Sequence record: OM386653.1
Length of the DNA stretch: 64,000 bases
Direction: 5' to 3' (one strand)
Origin: Escherichia phage vB_EcoM_ESCO8
Below the pieces are notes generated by a model. It saw only the letters and a list, made by a program, of their open reading frames with translations. It was not told the DNA's origin and searched no databases. Below, piece after piece: positions 36,801 to 46,336 of the stretch. The translations under genes and the position numbers were made by a program. Position 1 is the first letter of the stretch, and every line of letters starts with the position of its first letter.

Positions 36801-37363
36801 TGGGGTGTTTTAGTTTCTTGTGCAAAGAGTCTGGTAATGCTGCTCTTTCTACCTCTTTTGATGGCTCTCCTTGCTACCTATTTCTTTTGAAAGGTGGTAA
36901 GGTTGTCGAAGAGATGTATGGGAATTATGATAGCTATGGTAGTGTTTTCTCTAACGAAGAAGATAAACATGGCAATCGTAAAAGATTTAAGTGGTCTATG
37001 CCTTGGGAAGAAGTTTGTAATTTGATGTTCTCTTCCGATCTTGGAGATGGGATTGCTCTGGTATTAGAAGAGCACTTTACAGGTGAGATCCCAACAGAAA
37101 GATCTGAAGAAGATCCTAACCAGGGTTGGGGTGATGGAGAAGAAGATCCAGATTGCTTCTTCAACACTGAAAATAATAAATTTAAACGTGTTGACAATCC
37201 TTACCACAAAGTGCATAATACTTGCATTGAGACAGAAGAAGACTCAAAGCTAGAAATTGAAGATGATTTAGTTGTAACTATCTCTTTAAACGAGTTGCAA
37301 AAAATCACTAGAGAGGCTTTCTATTTAGGTTGGAAAGTAGGTAAAGGAGGAGATAGTGCTTAA
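36800..37363 (+). CDS. hypothetical protein
   Basis: ORF track 187 aa. Confidence 0.5.
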   Translation: MGCFSFLCKESGNAALSTSFDGSPCYLFLLKGGKVVEEMYGNYDSYGSVFSNEEDKHGNRKRFKWSMPWEEVCNLMFSSDLGDGIALVLEEHFTGEIPTERSEEDPNQGWGDGEEDPDCFFNTENNKFKRVDNPYHKVHNTCIETEEDSKLEIEDDLVVTISLNELQKITREAFYLGWKVGKGGDSA

Positions 37364-37625
37364 ATTTAATATCAAAGACGACAAATCAGATGAACCTAAA
37401 TGTTTTGGAGAACTTGACGTAGGTGATACATTTGTATATTATGTTGCCTATCAAGATTCTGGTTTAGATACGTTCAGAAACTTAGTGTTTATTAAAGTTA
37501 ATACAAACCAAGCAATGTGTCTGAACGGTTCGCAAAGAGGTCAACTTAGCTGTATTTCGTATGATACAGAAATGGTAGAAGTGGATTTAGAAGTTACTAA
37601 CATTACACTCAGAAAGGAGAAATAA
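37356..37625 (+). CDS. hypothetical protein
   Basis: ORF track 89 aa; GTG start. Confidence 0.4.
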   Translation: MLKFNIKDDKSDEPKCFGELDVGDTFVYYVAYQDSGLDTFRNLVFIKVNTNQAMCLNGSQRGQLSCISYDTEMVEVDLEVTNITLRKEK

Positions 37626-37626
37626 T

Positions 37627-38421
37627 ATGTCCAATAAAATCAGTCTTAAAAAACGTCAAGAAACTCTTACCGTATCTCTGCGTAAGAAAAAGATTAACGA
37701 TGTTGTTCTTCGTGTCGGTAGCGCCTTAGATATTTCGGGTAGTATGTGTGAGCTGTATCGTGATGGCACTGTTAGTGATTTTGTAGGTAAGCTACTGCCG
37801 TTTGGTATGAAGTTTGATGATAATGCACAGATTGACATGTGGGCTTTCAATAGTTCTTCTTTTGAACTGCCTCCTGCAACGGCTGATGTATATGATGATT
37901 ATGTCGGCTCTTGTATGTCTAATGTTTGCATCAATGGTGGTACAGCTTATGCTCCAGTAATGCAAGAGATCTATGATACATACTTCGGTAGTGTACCTAT
38001 GAAAAATATTACACGCGAAGTCGTTGAGTATGAAGAAGTTCCGGCTAAGGGTTTCCTTGCTAAACTAACTGGTAAAAAAGAACGTGTAGAAGTTACACGT
38101 ACTGTTGTAGAACAGGTTGTAGATACTGATGCACAAGTTGATCGTACTCCTGCAATGATTTTCTTCCAAACTGACGGGGAGAACATGGATACTTCAGCAG
38201 TACGTAGTTTGCTGAACAAACACCGCAACACTCCTGTTTACTGGTTTATGGTTGGTGTAGGTAATGCAAACTTTAAATTCCTGAAAGACTTGGCAAAAGA
38301 ATACGATAACGTTGATTTTATCGGTATTGCAGATTTGTCCTTGTCTGACGAAGAACTTTACGATAAACTGCTATCCGAAGAGTTTGGCGAGTGGGTTAAA
38401 AAATTTGGAGCAAAAGCGTAA
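37627..38421 (+). CDS. von Willebrand factor A (vWA) domain protein (TerY-like)
   Basis: 264 aa; MIDAS motif LDISGSM near N-terminus, later FFQTDGEN; adjacent to TerD. Confidence 0.6.
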   Translation: MSNKISLKKRQETLTVSLRKKKINDVVLRVGSALDISGSMCELYRDGTVSDFVGKLLPFGMKFDDNAQIDMWAFNSSSFELPPATADVYDDYVGSCMSNVCINGGTAYAPVMQEIYDTYFGSVPMKNITREVVEYEEVPAKGFLAKLTGKKERVEVTRTVVEQVVDTDAQVDRTPAMIFFQTDGENMDTSAVRSLLNKHRNTPVYWFMVGVGNANFKFLKDLAKEYDNVDFIGIADLSLSDEELYDKLLSEEFGEWVKKFGAKA

Positions 38422-38493
38422 AAAACGCTTGACTTTGTAGAAAAGATTAGTAAAATAGACAACGTAAATTAACAACAAAGGAGATAATAAATT

Positions 38494-39090
38494 ATGACTC
38501 AGAAAATTTCCCTGAAAAAAGGTTCTAGCGAAAAAGTTTCTCTGAAAAAGATTGCACCAGCACTGAAACGCATTCGTCTGGAATTCTCTTGGAAATCTAA
38601 CGAAAAACTGGATCTGGATGTTAGTGCTCTGATTTGCCGACACAATGCATCTGGTCTGCCGGAACTGTTGTCTCCTCGCCACCTGGTATGCTACGCACAG
38701 AAATTTGATCCTGAACGTTCTACTTTTGCAGGTGAAGATGTTCGTGACGGTGTAGGACAAATGGAGCAGATTGATGTTACACTGGATAATATCTCTGCTG
38801 AAGCACAGGAAATTGCATTCGTAATCACTATTGATGACGAAACGGGTAAGAAACGCCTTGGTCACGCTACCGAAGGTTTCCTTAAAATCTTCGATGATGA
38901 ACGTAACGTTGAACTGCTGGATTTTGACTTCTTGGCTCCAGAACTTGCAGGTAATACCATTTGCCACGTTGCCTCCCTGGTGCGGGAAGATAGCGAATGG
39001 AAACTGAAAGCATATGGTGTAGGTAAAGCTGGACTTGACATTTATGATGTAGTTAAAGCGTTTGGCGCTGGCGACGATTGGTTCGAGTAA
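38494..39090 (+). CDS. TerD-family protein
   Basis: 198 aa; ISLKKGSSEKVSLKK, DLDVSAL, ITIDD, EWKLKAYGVG pattern matches TerD/TerE/TerZ family as recalled. Confidence 0.75.
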   Translation: MTQKISLKKGSSEKVSLKKIAPALKRIRLEFSWKSNEKLDLDVSALICRHNASGLPELLSPRHLVCYAQKFDPERSTFAGEDVRDGVGQMEQIDVTLDNISAEAQEIAFVITIDDETGKKRLGHATEGFLKIFDDERNVELLDFDFLAPELAGNTICHVASLVREDSEWKLKAYGVGKAGLDIYDVVKAFGAGDDWFE

Positions 39091-39099
39091 TAAATCATA

Positions 39100-39124
39100 G
39101 CGCCCTTCGGGGCGCATATTTTAA
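39100..39124 (+). terminator. Rho-independent terminator
   Basis: GCGCCC-ttcg-GGGCGC followed by ATATTTT. Confidence 0.6.
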
Positions 39125-39142
39125 ATAGAAGAGGAGAAAACA

Positions 39143-39745
39143 ATGGGTATTACTTTAGAAGGTCAAAAACTTATTCGCAGCGGTAATTTTCTTGTGGATA
39201 TTGACAACAATGAAGATTATGCTTTAGAAGTTAGTGATGTACTGTTTAATGCTTTGCAGTCTGGTTTCAATTTTGAAGTTTATGAAGTAATCCGTGGAAC
39301 TAAACTCAGAGAAACCCTTGGATCAACTAGTGATGTTTATTCTGCGATCTGGCAATATTTCGGGTTAATGGATGGTAAGACATACCTTACTGATAGTTAT
39401 TCTGAAGATGTTGTTTATCTTGATATGGAAGAGTTTCGTCGTCTGTTCAAAAGTGAAGAAAATGAAGAAGAGGGTGAACTTTTTGAAGGAATTACTCTCG
39501 AAGGTAATGTTGAAATTGTGTATAAAGCAGGAAAAACATTCCACTTGCGTGAAAACGGTAAAGCAAAAGTTGATTTTGTAAACAAGACAGTAACAACTGA
39601 ACATAATTATCTTAAAGATGGTCAACCAGCTTTTGAACGTGTAACAATTAAATTTAAAGTATTGTCTGCACTAGTTACGGATCAAGAACGTATTGATTTT
39701 GTAGAAGATGGTGTAGTAACTCATACAAAGGTTTACAACATCTAA
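39143..39745 (+). CDS. hypothetical protein
   Basis: ORF track 200 aa. Confidence 0.55.
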   Translation: MGITLEGQKLIRSGNFLVDIDNNEDYALEVSDVLFNALQSGFNFEVYEVIRGTKLRETLGSTSDVYSAIWQYFGLMDGKTYLTDSYSEDVVYLDMEEFRRLFKSEENEEEGELFEGITLEGNVEIVYKAGKTFHLRENGKAKVDFVNKTVTTEHNYLKDGQPAFERVTIKFKVLSALVTDQERIDFVEDGVVTHTKVYNI

Positions 39746-39777
39746 CAGGGTGTAAGAGGGGGATAATCCCCCTCCAC

Positions 39778-39806
39778 TTGCAAAACAGCCTCTTCTGTGT
39801 TACAAT
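39778..39806 (+). promoter_or_regulatory. sigma70-like promoter
   Basis: TTGCAA-17nt-TACAAT; preceded by hairpin GAGGGGG-ataat-CCCCCTC (39759-39777). Confidence 0.45.
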
Positions 39807-39837
39807 AAAAGTTCGTTTAACAAAATAGGAGGCAAGT

Positions 39838-40347
39838 TTGTCAATAAAAACCTTTGTCGCAATTGCGTTACTATCCTTAACTGCTTTTACATTTACACCT
39901 GTTGTGGCGCAAGCCGAAGCTGCAAACGTAAAAACTGCTAAAGTAGTTCACAAGTGTACAAAGCGTGATAGTAAAGAAAATCTATTAGCTTGTGCAATCT
40001 ATGCAGAAAGTCGTAATCAAGGAAAGCGAGGTATGTCTGCTGTTGGTAATGTAGTATTGAATAGGGCTAGAGATTCATATTTCCCTGATACTATAAAAGA
40101 AGTTTTGTTTCAAAAAGGACAATTCTCTTACACAAAGACATTCAACGTTATGGAACGTGATAAGTGGAAGGAAGCTAAGACTATAGCAGAACGTCTACGT
40201 TATCTCGATACGCATTTTCCAGAATTACGAATTGCATTAGATATTACAAAAGGAGCATTATACTTTAAAAAATCTACAATAAGAGCACACTGGGAAAAAG
40301 ATATGGTTCTAGTGTACCGCTACAAAGAACATCAATTCTATCGCTAA
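39838..40347 (+). CDS. Cell-wall hydrolase (SleB/Hydrolase_2-like) with signal peptide
   Basis: TTG start after AGGAGG RBS; signal peptide ending AQA; LACAIYAESRNQG...GNVVLNRAR motif. Confidence 0.55.
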   Translation: MSIKTFVAIALLSLTAFTFTPVVAQAEAANVKTAKVVHKCTKRDSKENLLACAIYAESRNQGKRGMSAVGNVVLNRARDSYFPDTIKEVLFQKGQFSYTKTFNVMERDKWKEAKTIAERLRYLDTHFPELRIALDITKGALYFKKSTIRAHWEKDMVLVYRYKEHQFYR

Positions 40348-40357
40348 GGAGATATAG

Positions 40358-40636
40358 ATGAAAGATGGCGTTATCGTTGCAAGTTATCTTGTTATTGGTC
40401 TTACAGAAGAGGATGTACATTACATTAGGAAACATTTAGAACAGTTTGCAATGATGTTCATCGAAGACGAAGACAATATGGATGTTTATTCAATTGAAAT
40501 GATCAATGATAACGTCTATCCTTGTATAGCTTTACGAGTCGATGAAGATGTTTGGGAACGTTTTTCACGTAGTCACGATAATGTTGAATGTTCTATGGTT
40601 ATGTCACAAAGCAACATACTGGGAGTGTTACACTGA
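40358..40636 (+). CDS. hypothetical protein
   Basis: ORF track 92 aa. Confidence 0.5.
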   Translation: MKDGVIVASYLVIGLTEEDVHYIRKHLEQFAMMFIEDEDNMDVYSIEMINDNVYPCIALRVDEDVWERFSRSHDNVECSMVMSQSNILGVLH

Positions 40637-40866
40637 TGGCTGATGTTATTGAAGTTAACTTTAAAACAAAAAAGAAAGTTGATAAGTATACAATCTTAAA
40701 AAATATTTGCGTTGTGTGCTTCAATTCTGTAATATATGACTCACGTAAGGGCGAAAATGAAAATGAACCTTACATCCAGATTTCTAAAGGTAAAGGGCAG
40801 TGTATCTGCAAAAACTGTGCTGTAGCAATTAAGGAGGTTGTAGATGAAAACCATTGGGATCAATGA
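40636..40866 (+). CDS. hypothetical small Cys-rich protein
   Basis: ORF track frame trimmed to MADVIEV; CVVCF...CICKNC. Confidence 0.4.
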   Translation: MADVIEVNFKTKKKVDKYTILKNICVVCFNSVIYDSRKGENENEPYIQISKGKGQCICKNCAVAIKEVVDENHWDQ

Positions 40867-41038
40867 TACTGGCGAAGTTGTAAAATCTTGGGATGATCTT
40901 AGTGGTATCCCTACAGATAAATTGATTAAACTGCGTGATGTTTGTCGTGATCATCTTAATGAAACGTATAAAGAGTATATGGAAGCACGAGATCACAGTT
41001 TAGCTATCCAAATGGAACTCGCAAAACGTAATCAATAG
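40844..41038 (+). CDS. hypothetical protein
   Basis: ORF track 64 aa. Confidence 0.4.
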   Translation: MKTIGINDTGEVVKSWDDLSGIPTDKLIKLRDVCRDHLNETYKEYMEARDHSLAIQMELAKRNQ

Positions 41039-41095
41039 GTAAAACCATTTAGACTTTTTAGTCTAAAAATGCTAAAGTAATAATACGGAGGGAGT

Positions 41096-41659
41096 ATGAT
41101 ATTTCACATAACTCCCTATCTTTCTGGAGATATTGGAAAAGGTATCAATGACACAATAAGTGTCTTACCAGAAGATAGTTGGATTTGCCTAAGAGACATT
41201 GATACAATGTTTCTTCTTCCAGAACAACCTGCTTGGCTGGAATCAATAGTCCGTTCAAATCCTGATTTTGATGTTCTTGGTGCATCTTGTAATAGATTGG
41301 GATCAACATATCAATTATTTAATAATGAAAGAAGTGAAGATCCGAATATACTACACCACATTGAGATTGCAAAAAGAGCACATCTAGAATGGGGAAACTC
41401 AATAGAGGAAGTACCTACAGATGCTATCTTAGCAGGATTCTTTCTTCTCTTTCGTAAGAGTCTGTGGAATGAAATCCCTTTTGAGGAAAGATCAATACAG
41501 TTTGATATAATTTTCTCTAAAGCATTGCACGCTAACAATAAAAGGCTAGGTTTACTACGTGGGTTATATTTATTTCACACATACCGTTTAGGTAATGATG
41601 ATCCTAGAAAAGCTATTTCACACCTTTTACATTGTCAAGACATGAATAAAATTATTTAA
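41096..41659 (+). CDS. hypothetical protein (possible nucleotide-sugar transferase fold)
   Basis: ORF track 187 aa; DxD-like LRDIDTMF; assignment weak. Confidence 0.45.
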   Translation: MIFHITPYLSGDIGKGINDTISVLPEDSWICLRDIDTMFLLPEQPAWLESIVRSNPDFDVLGASCNRLGSTYQLFNNERSEDPNILHHIEIAKRAHLEWGNSIEEVPTDAILAGFFLLFRKSLWNEIPFEERSIQFDIIFSKALHANNKRLGLLRGLYLFHTYRLGNDDPRKAISHLLHCQDMNKII

Positions 41660-41668
41660 GGAGTTATT

Positions 41669-42355
41669 TTGGAAAATACAAAAATTGGTGTTGGTGTTAT
41701 TACTGTAGGTAAGCGTCCTCTTAAAGATTATCTTGTGACTGATCCTAATGCTACTTTTGTTGTACAGTATGATCGGGAGCGAAAAGGTGTTGCATATGCT
41801 CGTAATGAACTGATGAAAAAGTTTTATGATGAAGGGTATGATTACTGGTTTATTTTTGATGATGATTGCTATCCTGTTGTTCAAGGTTGGGAAACATATT
41901 TTGTAAAACAGGCGAAGGAAAATGGTTGGGATTTCTTTGGTATGCCTGAATACTTTAAAGATAAAGTAAAAGGTATTGAAGGGGAAGTGGTTATTTGGGA
42001 ACTAGGTATGTGCCAGTTTGGTATGTATTCCCGTGCAGTTATTGAGAAAGCTGGCTATTTCCGCTCATACACCCACGGTTATGGATATGAAGATGCAGAG
42101 TGGATTCATCGCGTTCCACTGGCAGGTTTGAACCGAGGTATTCAAGGCGTGCCATGTCCTATTCGAATTATGGCGTTTATCCATCCTGATGATGTATTTG
42201 GAGACAATCCTTTACCTTTTGCGAATCTGTCAAAAGAAGAGAAAGAACAGGGGATTGGTGTAAACTGGGAACAATATAAACAATCCTTGGAGGATCTTCG
42301 CAATGGTAAAACTTTTATCTCTTATGAGGAGGCTCAAAAATATGGTAAATCCTAA
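41669..42355 (+). CDS. Putative glycosyltransferase (GT-A-like)
   Basis: 228 aa, TTG start; Rossmann-like N-terminus and FIFDDDCYP DxD-type motif. Confidence 0.45.
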   Translation: MENTKIGVGVITVGKRPLKDYLVTDPNATFVVQYDRERKGVAYARNELMKKFYDEGYDYWFIFDDDCYPVVQGWETYFVKQAKENGWDFFGMPEYFKDKVKGIEGEVVIWELGMCQFGMYSRAVIEKAGYFRSYTHGYGYEDAEWIHRVPLAGLNRGIQGVPCPIRIMAFIHPDDVFGDNPLPFANLSKEEKEQGIGVNWEQYKQSLEDLRNGKTFISYEEAQKYGKS

Positions 42356-43316
42356 TACTCCTGTACTTAAGTGTGATAATAAGTTAGGCAGTGGTTGTGA
42401 TTACCATCGTATTGTAATGCCATTTGCTGGAAATACGTTTAAACCTAAGAAAGACGTTTTAGTTTTTAATAGAGTGTATTCTCGTGGAGCAGACGAGGTT
42501 AAACGCCTGAAGGCACAAGGTGTTAAGATTATTGTTGATTTAGATGACTTTTATTCACTTAATCCTGAACATTATATGGCTGGCGTATTTACTAATCATT
42601 CAAAGACTATTGTAGAGATGGTTAAGTTAGCAGATGTTGTTACTGTAACAACAGAATACCTAGCTTACAAAATTCGTCATTTAAATCGTAATGTTGTCGT
42701 AATTAGAAACGCACTACCTTACGACGAAGGTCAATTTACTTTGACAAAAGACCGTAATTCTGACACGCCTATTATCTGGGCTGGAGGAGCAAGCCACGAG
42801 CCTGATTTATCTCTTGTAGCTAATACATTTGATGATACACTATTGACAATTGCAGGGTATGAAGTGTATCCTTCTGCACCTGTTGGAAATAACAGTCAGT
42901 ATCTAACTACTGCGGAGTGGGTTAAAATAAAACGTAAAATTCCAAATGCACAGTATAAACCAGCTATTAAAAATTTAGGTGAGTATATGTCTGTGTATGA
43001 CGGTCACAGCATTGCAATTGCTCCCCTGGTAGATAATGACTTCAACAACTGTAAAAGCAATTTGAAGATTTTGGAAGCAGGTGCAAAGGGTCTTCCTATT
43101 ATCTGTTCTCCTGTGCTGCCGTACTTCAATCCGGTAGATGCAAAGGCTGTTATCTATGCAGACTCTAAAGCATCTTGGCATTATGAAGTTGTCAAGCTAA
43201 TGAGGAACCCTAGATACACAGAAGATCGTGGTATGATGCTTGCAGAACACGTTCGTCTTAATTATAATCTTGCAGATGCCAATGAACTGCGTCGTCAAGT
43301 TATTGAAAGTCTTTAA
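42342..43316 (+). CDS. Putative glycosyltransferase (GT-B-like), paralog 1
   Basis: Start ATG after AGGAGG; LKILEAGAKGLPIICSP motif; paralog of 43328..44272. Confidence 0.5.
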   Translation: MVNPNTPVLKCDNKLGSGCDYHRIVMPFAGNTFKPKKDVLVFNRVYSRGADEVKRLKAQGVKIIVDLDDFYSLNPEHYMAGVFTNHSKTIVEMVKLADVVTVTTEYLAYKIRHLNRNVVVIRNALPYDEGQFTLTKDRNSDTPIIWAGGASHEPDLSLVANTFDDTLLTIAGYEVYPSAPVGNNSQYLTTAEWVKIKRKIPNAQYKPAIKNLGEYMSVYDGHSIAIAPLVDNDFNNCKSNLKILEAGAKGLPIICSPVLPYFNPVDAKAVIYADSKASWHYEVVKLMRNPRYTEDRGMMLAEHVRLNYNLADANELRRQVIESL

Positions 43317-43327
43317 CAAGGAGTTAT

Positions 43328-44272
43328 ATGCCTAATATTATTCTTGACACACGCGGAAATGAAAAGTATAGTGTATGTGATTTTCATAGAATCATTTTGC
43401 CATATAAACGCAAACTGACCATTAATCCTAAGCATAATATTTTTGTGTTCAATGGTGTACCAACACGTGGAAAGCCAGGTTTCCTGGCTCTTAAACAACT
43501 TGGGTTTAAATTGGTAATGGATCTGGATGATTCTTTAATTATTCCTGAAGGACATATGCTTGAAGGACTATTTGAAAATCAAATCCGAGATGACCTAAAA
43601 TGGTTTCTTGAAAGAAGCGATCTTGTAACTACAACAACTCCGGCATTAAAGGTTGAATTAAGCCAATACAATGATAATGTACATATTGTGCCTAACGGAC
43701 TACCTTTTGATGAAGGACAGTTTGTTCTTACTAAAGATCGTTATTCTAAAAGTCCACTGGTTTGGGCGGGAAGTGAAACCCATAAACATGATTTAGCAAT
43801 TCTTCCTGATTTTGGTAAAGATTTAACTTTATGTGGATTTCGTAGAGATCACGAAGAGTTAAGTAGTGCTCAATGGTTGCAAATTAAAGAAGATATTCAA
43901 CCAGATTGTGTTTATGAAGGTATTCGTCCTTATGAGTGTTATATGGAAGCATACGATGGTCATCAAATCTCCATAGCTCCATTAGTAAATAATCATTTTA
44001 ATAATGCCAAAAGTAATTTAAAAATTCTTGAAGCTGGTGCTAAAGGTTTGCCACTCGTTTGTTCGCCACGAGAGAACTATTATACTGAAGAATTTAAAGA
44101 TCTAATCTTCTTTGCTGATTCAGTTAAAGAGTGGAAAGATATTGTAGAATACTTAATCGAATCTCCTGATGTTTGTATTGAGAAAGGATTGGCTCTTGCT
44201 AAGTATGTAAGAGATAACTACAATATTGATGATTTAAATGAAACCCGCAGACTGCTTATCGAGGATTTATAA
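43328..44272 (+). CDS. Putative glycosyltransferase (GT-B-like), paralog 2
   Basis: 314 aa; shares GQF.LTKDR, ISIAPLV.N.FNN.KSNLKILEAGAKGLP blocks with 42342..43316. Confidence 0.5.
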   Translation: MPNIILDTRGNEKYSVCDFHRIILPYKRKLTINPKHNIFVFNGVPTRGKPGFLALKQLGFKLVMDLDDSLIIPEGHMLEGLFENQIRDDLKWFLERSDLVTTTTPALKVELSQYNDNVHIVPNGLPFDEGQFVLTKDRYSKSPLVWAGSETHKHDLAILPDFGKDLTLCGFRRDHEELSSAQWLQIKEDIQPDCVYEGIRPYECYMEAYDGHQISIAPLVNNHFNNAKSNLKILEAGAKGLPLVCSPRENYYTEEFKDLIFFADSVKEWKDIVEYLIESPDVCIEKGLALAKYVRDNYNIDDLNETRRLLIEDL

Positions 44273-44541
44273 TGAACACTTTTGATTTTGAGTATAAACA
44301 AGATAATAAAGAACCTATTATTGTTGAAGTAGATTACTATTATGAAGAACCTAACCCTTTCTCACGAGAAAGTGATTGGGATTATTATGGTGGTCTTATT
44401 GTTGATGGTATTAGGTTTTATTCTGGTACAAAAGAACTTTTTGATATAGATATTTCCCCATCGGAAATTGTTTACCAATTTAAGAAACATATGGAAGATT
44501 TGGAAATGCAATATATTATGGAGACAAACGAATCATTTTAG
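44272..44541 (+). CDS. hypothetical protein
   Basis: ORF track 89 aa. Confidence 0.5.
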   Translation: MNTFDFEYKQDNKEPIIVEVDYYYEEPNPFSRESDWDYYGGLIVDGIRFYSGTKELFDIDISPSEIVYQFKKHMEDLEMQYIMETNESF

Positions 44542-44553
44542 TAGGAGAATCCT

Positions 44554-46326
44554 GTGTCTTATGTTGTAAATAAATATGGGTATAACATTGATCTAAGTCA
44601 AGAAGGACATACTGGGTGTCCTCGTTGTATGAAAGGAGGGCGTGATCGATCACAAAACAATTTGATGGTATATGGCTTAGATGCCGATGAAGACCATCGA
44701 GGCGCACATTGTTTTTCTTGTGGCTTTACTATCCCTGATCAAAAATGGTTAAATGCACACGGCGAAGAAATTGAAGAGGAGGATATCTTGGGTAGTGAGT
44801 TTAATCCAGAAGTACATGATAAACTAAAAGCCAGCACTGGAACTAATCCAAAAGGTTATCGCGGTATTCGTGAAGATATCTCTAAGCCTTTCGGTGTACG
44901 TTATATGTACGATGAAGCTACTGGCGAAGTAATTTCAACACTATACCCTACAACTAAAGATTACAATATTGCTGGGTATAAACAACGTATCGATCCAAAA
45001 GATTTCTCGCATCCTATCGGTGAAACAGGAAAGGATTGTGATCTTTTTGGGGAGTTTAAATATCGTAACCACAGCGGTACTATTCTAATCGTTGGTGGTG
45101 AACACGATATGCTGGCTGCAACACAGATGCTAAAAGATTATAACAAGGGTGGTAAATATCCTGTTCCTGCTGTAGTATCTGGTACTTGTGGCGAAACATC
45201 TCTGCATAAGCAGCTTCAACATCGTTATAAATTCTTAGATCAATTTAAAAAGATTGTTCTATGTATGGATAATGATGAAGCTGGACGTGCAGCAGTTGAG
45301 AAATGTGTTAAAATCTTACCACGTAATAAAGTTTACGTGATGGAACTAACGGATGTTAAAGATCCTAACCAGGCACTAGTAGAAGGAAAAATTGATCATT
45401 TTATTGATCGCTTTTTCAAAGCTAAATTGTACACACCTGCTGGTGTTTACGCTTCTAACGTACTGTATGAAGCAGCCTTGGAATGCCTGGAAGCTAAAAT
45501 GATCACCCTTCCTCCATTCATGCGTGTTGCTTCTAATATGTTAGGTGGAGGCTTGGTAGAAGAAGAAATTACTGTTATACTTGCAAAAACAAGTATCGGT
45601 AAGACACTGTTGGTTAACGAGATTACAAAGCACATTATTCTTGCACATCCAGAACATACTCTTGGTATTTTATCTTTGGAGGCAACGTATAAGAAGTATT
45701 CTCGTAACTTACTGTCTTCATTCTTGCATATCCCTCTTCACCGTAAAACGAAAGAAGAGAAGGAAAAGATTTTAAAAGATAATGAAGAAAAGATTCGTGA
45801 TTTTTACGAACGAGAAGATGGAACACCACGTTTCTATGTTTGTGATGATCGTGGAGCTAACGTAGATGTGATTAAAGAGAAGGTTCTGGAAATGATTATT
45901 TATTTCGGAGTAACCATTCTTGTTATCGACCCTTATTCTGATTTGCTTTCTGGTATGGACGTGTCACAACAAGAGGAACTTGCGACGTGGCTGAAACGCA
46001 TTATGAAAGAGTATGCAATAACCATTGTTGTAATTTCACACGTTAAAAAGTCTTCTAACAATAGTAATGAACATATTGTAGAAGATGATGCAATGGGTAG
46101 TAGCTTCCTTGCTAAAGGTGCTGGTATCACAATTGCGCTGGAGCGTGATAAACAAGCTGAAGATCCTATGGAACGTAACCGCACATATTGCTACATTCTA
46201 AAGAACCGTGAGTTCTCAGAGACTGGTGCAGCAGGTAGTTTCTTCTATGAGATTAAAACAGCTACACTTCACGATTACGATCAATACACAAGTAACCCAG
46301 AGAACATCTCTGCTGGTTCTTATTAA
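44554..46326 (+). CDS. Bifunctional DNA primase-helicase (T7 gp4-like)
   Basis: GTG start; N-terminal Zn ribbon CPRC...CFSCGF, TOPRIM-like GGEHDM and CMDNDEAGR, C-terminal helicase Walker A KTSIGKT and Walker B VIDPY. Confidence 0.8.
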   Translation: MSYVVNKYGYNIDLSQEGHTGCPRCMKGGRDRSQNNLMVYGLDADEDHRGAHCFSCGFTIPDQKWLNAHGEEIEEEDILGSEFNPEVHDKLKASTGTNPKGYRGIREDISKPFGVRYMYDEATGEVISTLYPTTKDYNIAGYKQRIDPKDFSHPIGETGKDCDLFGEFKYRNHSGTILIVGGEHDMLAATQMLKDYNKGGKYPVPAVVSGTCGETSLHKQLQHRYKFLDQFKKIVLCMDNDEAGRAAVEKCVKILPRNKVYVMELTDVKDPNQALVEGKIDHFIDRFFKAKLYTPAGVYASNVLYEAALECLEAKMITLPPFMRVASNMLGGGLVEEEITVILAKTSIGKTLLVNEITKHIILAHPEHTLGILSLEATYKKYSRNLLSSFLHIPLHRKTKEEKEKILKDNEEKIRDFYEREDGTPRFYVCDDRGANVDVIKEKVLEMIIYFGVTILVIDPYSDLLSGMDVSQQEELATWLKRIMKEYAITIVVISHVKKSSNNSNEHIVEDDAMGSSFLAKGAGITIALERDKQAEDPMERNRTYCYILKNREFSETGAAGSFFYEIKTATLHDYDQYTSNPENISAGSY

Positions 46327-46336
46327 GGAGAAAAAT

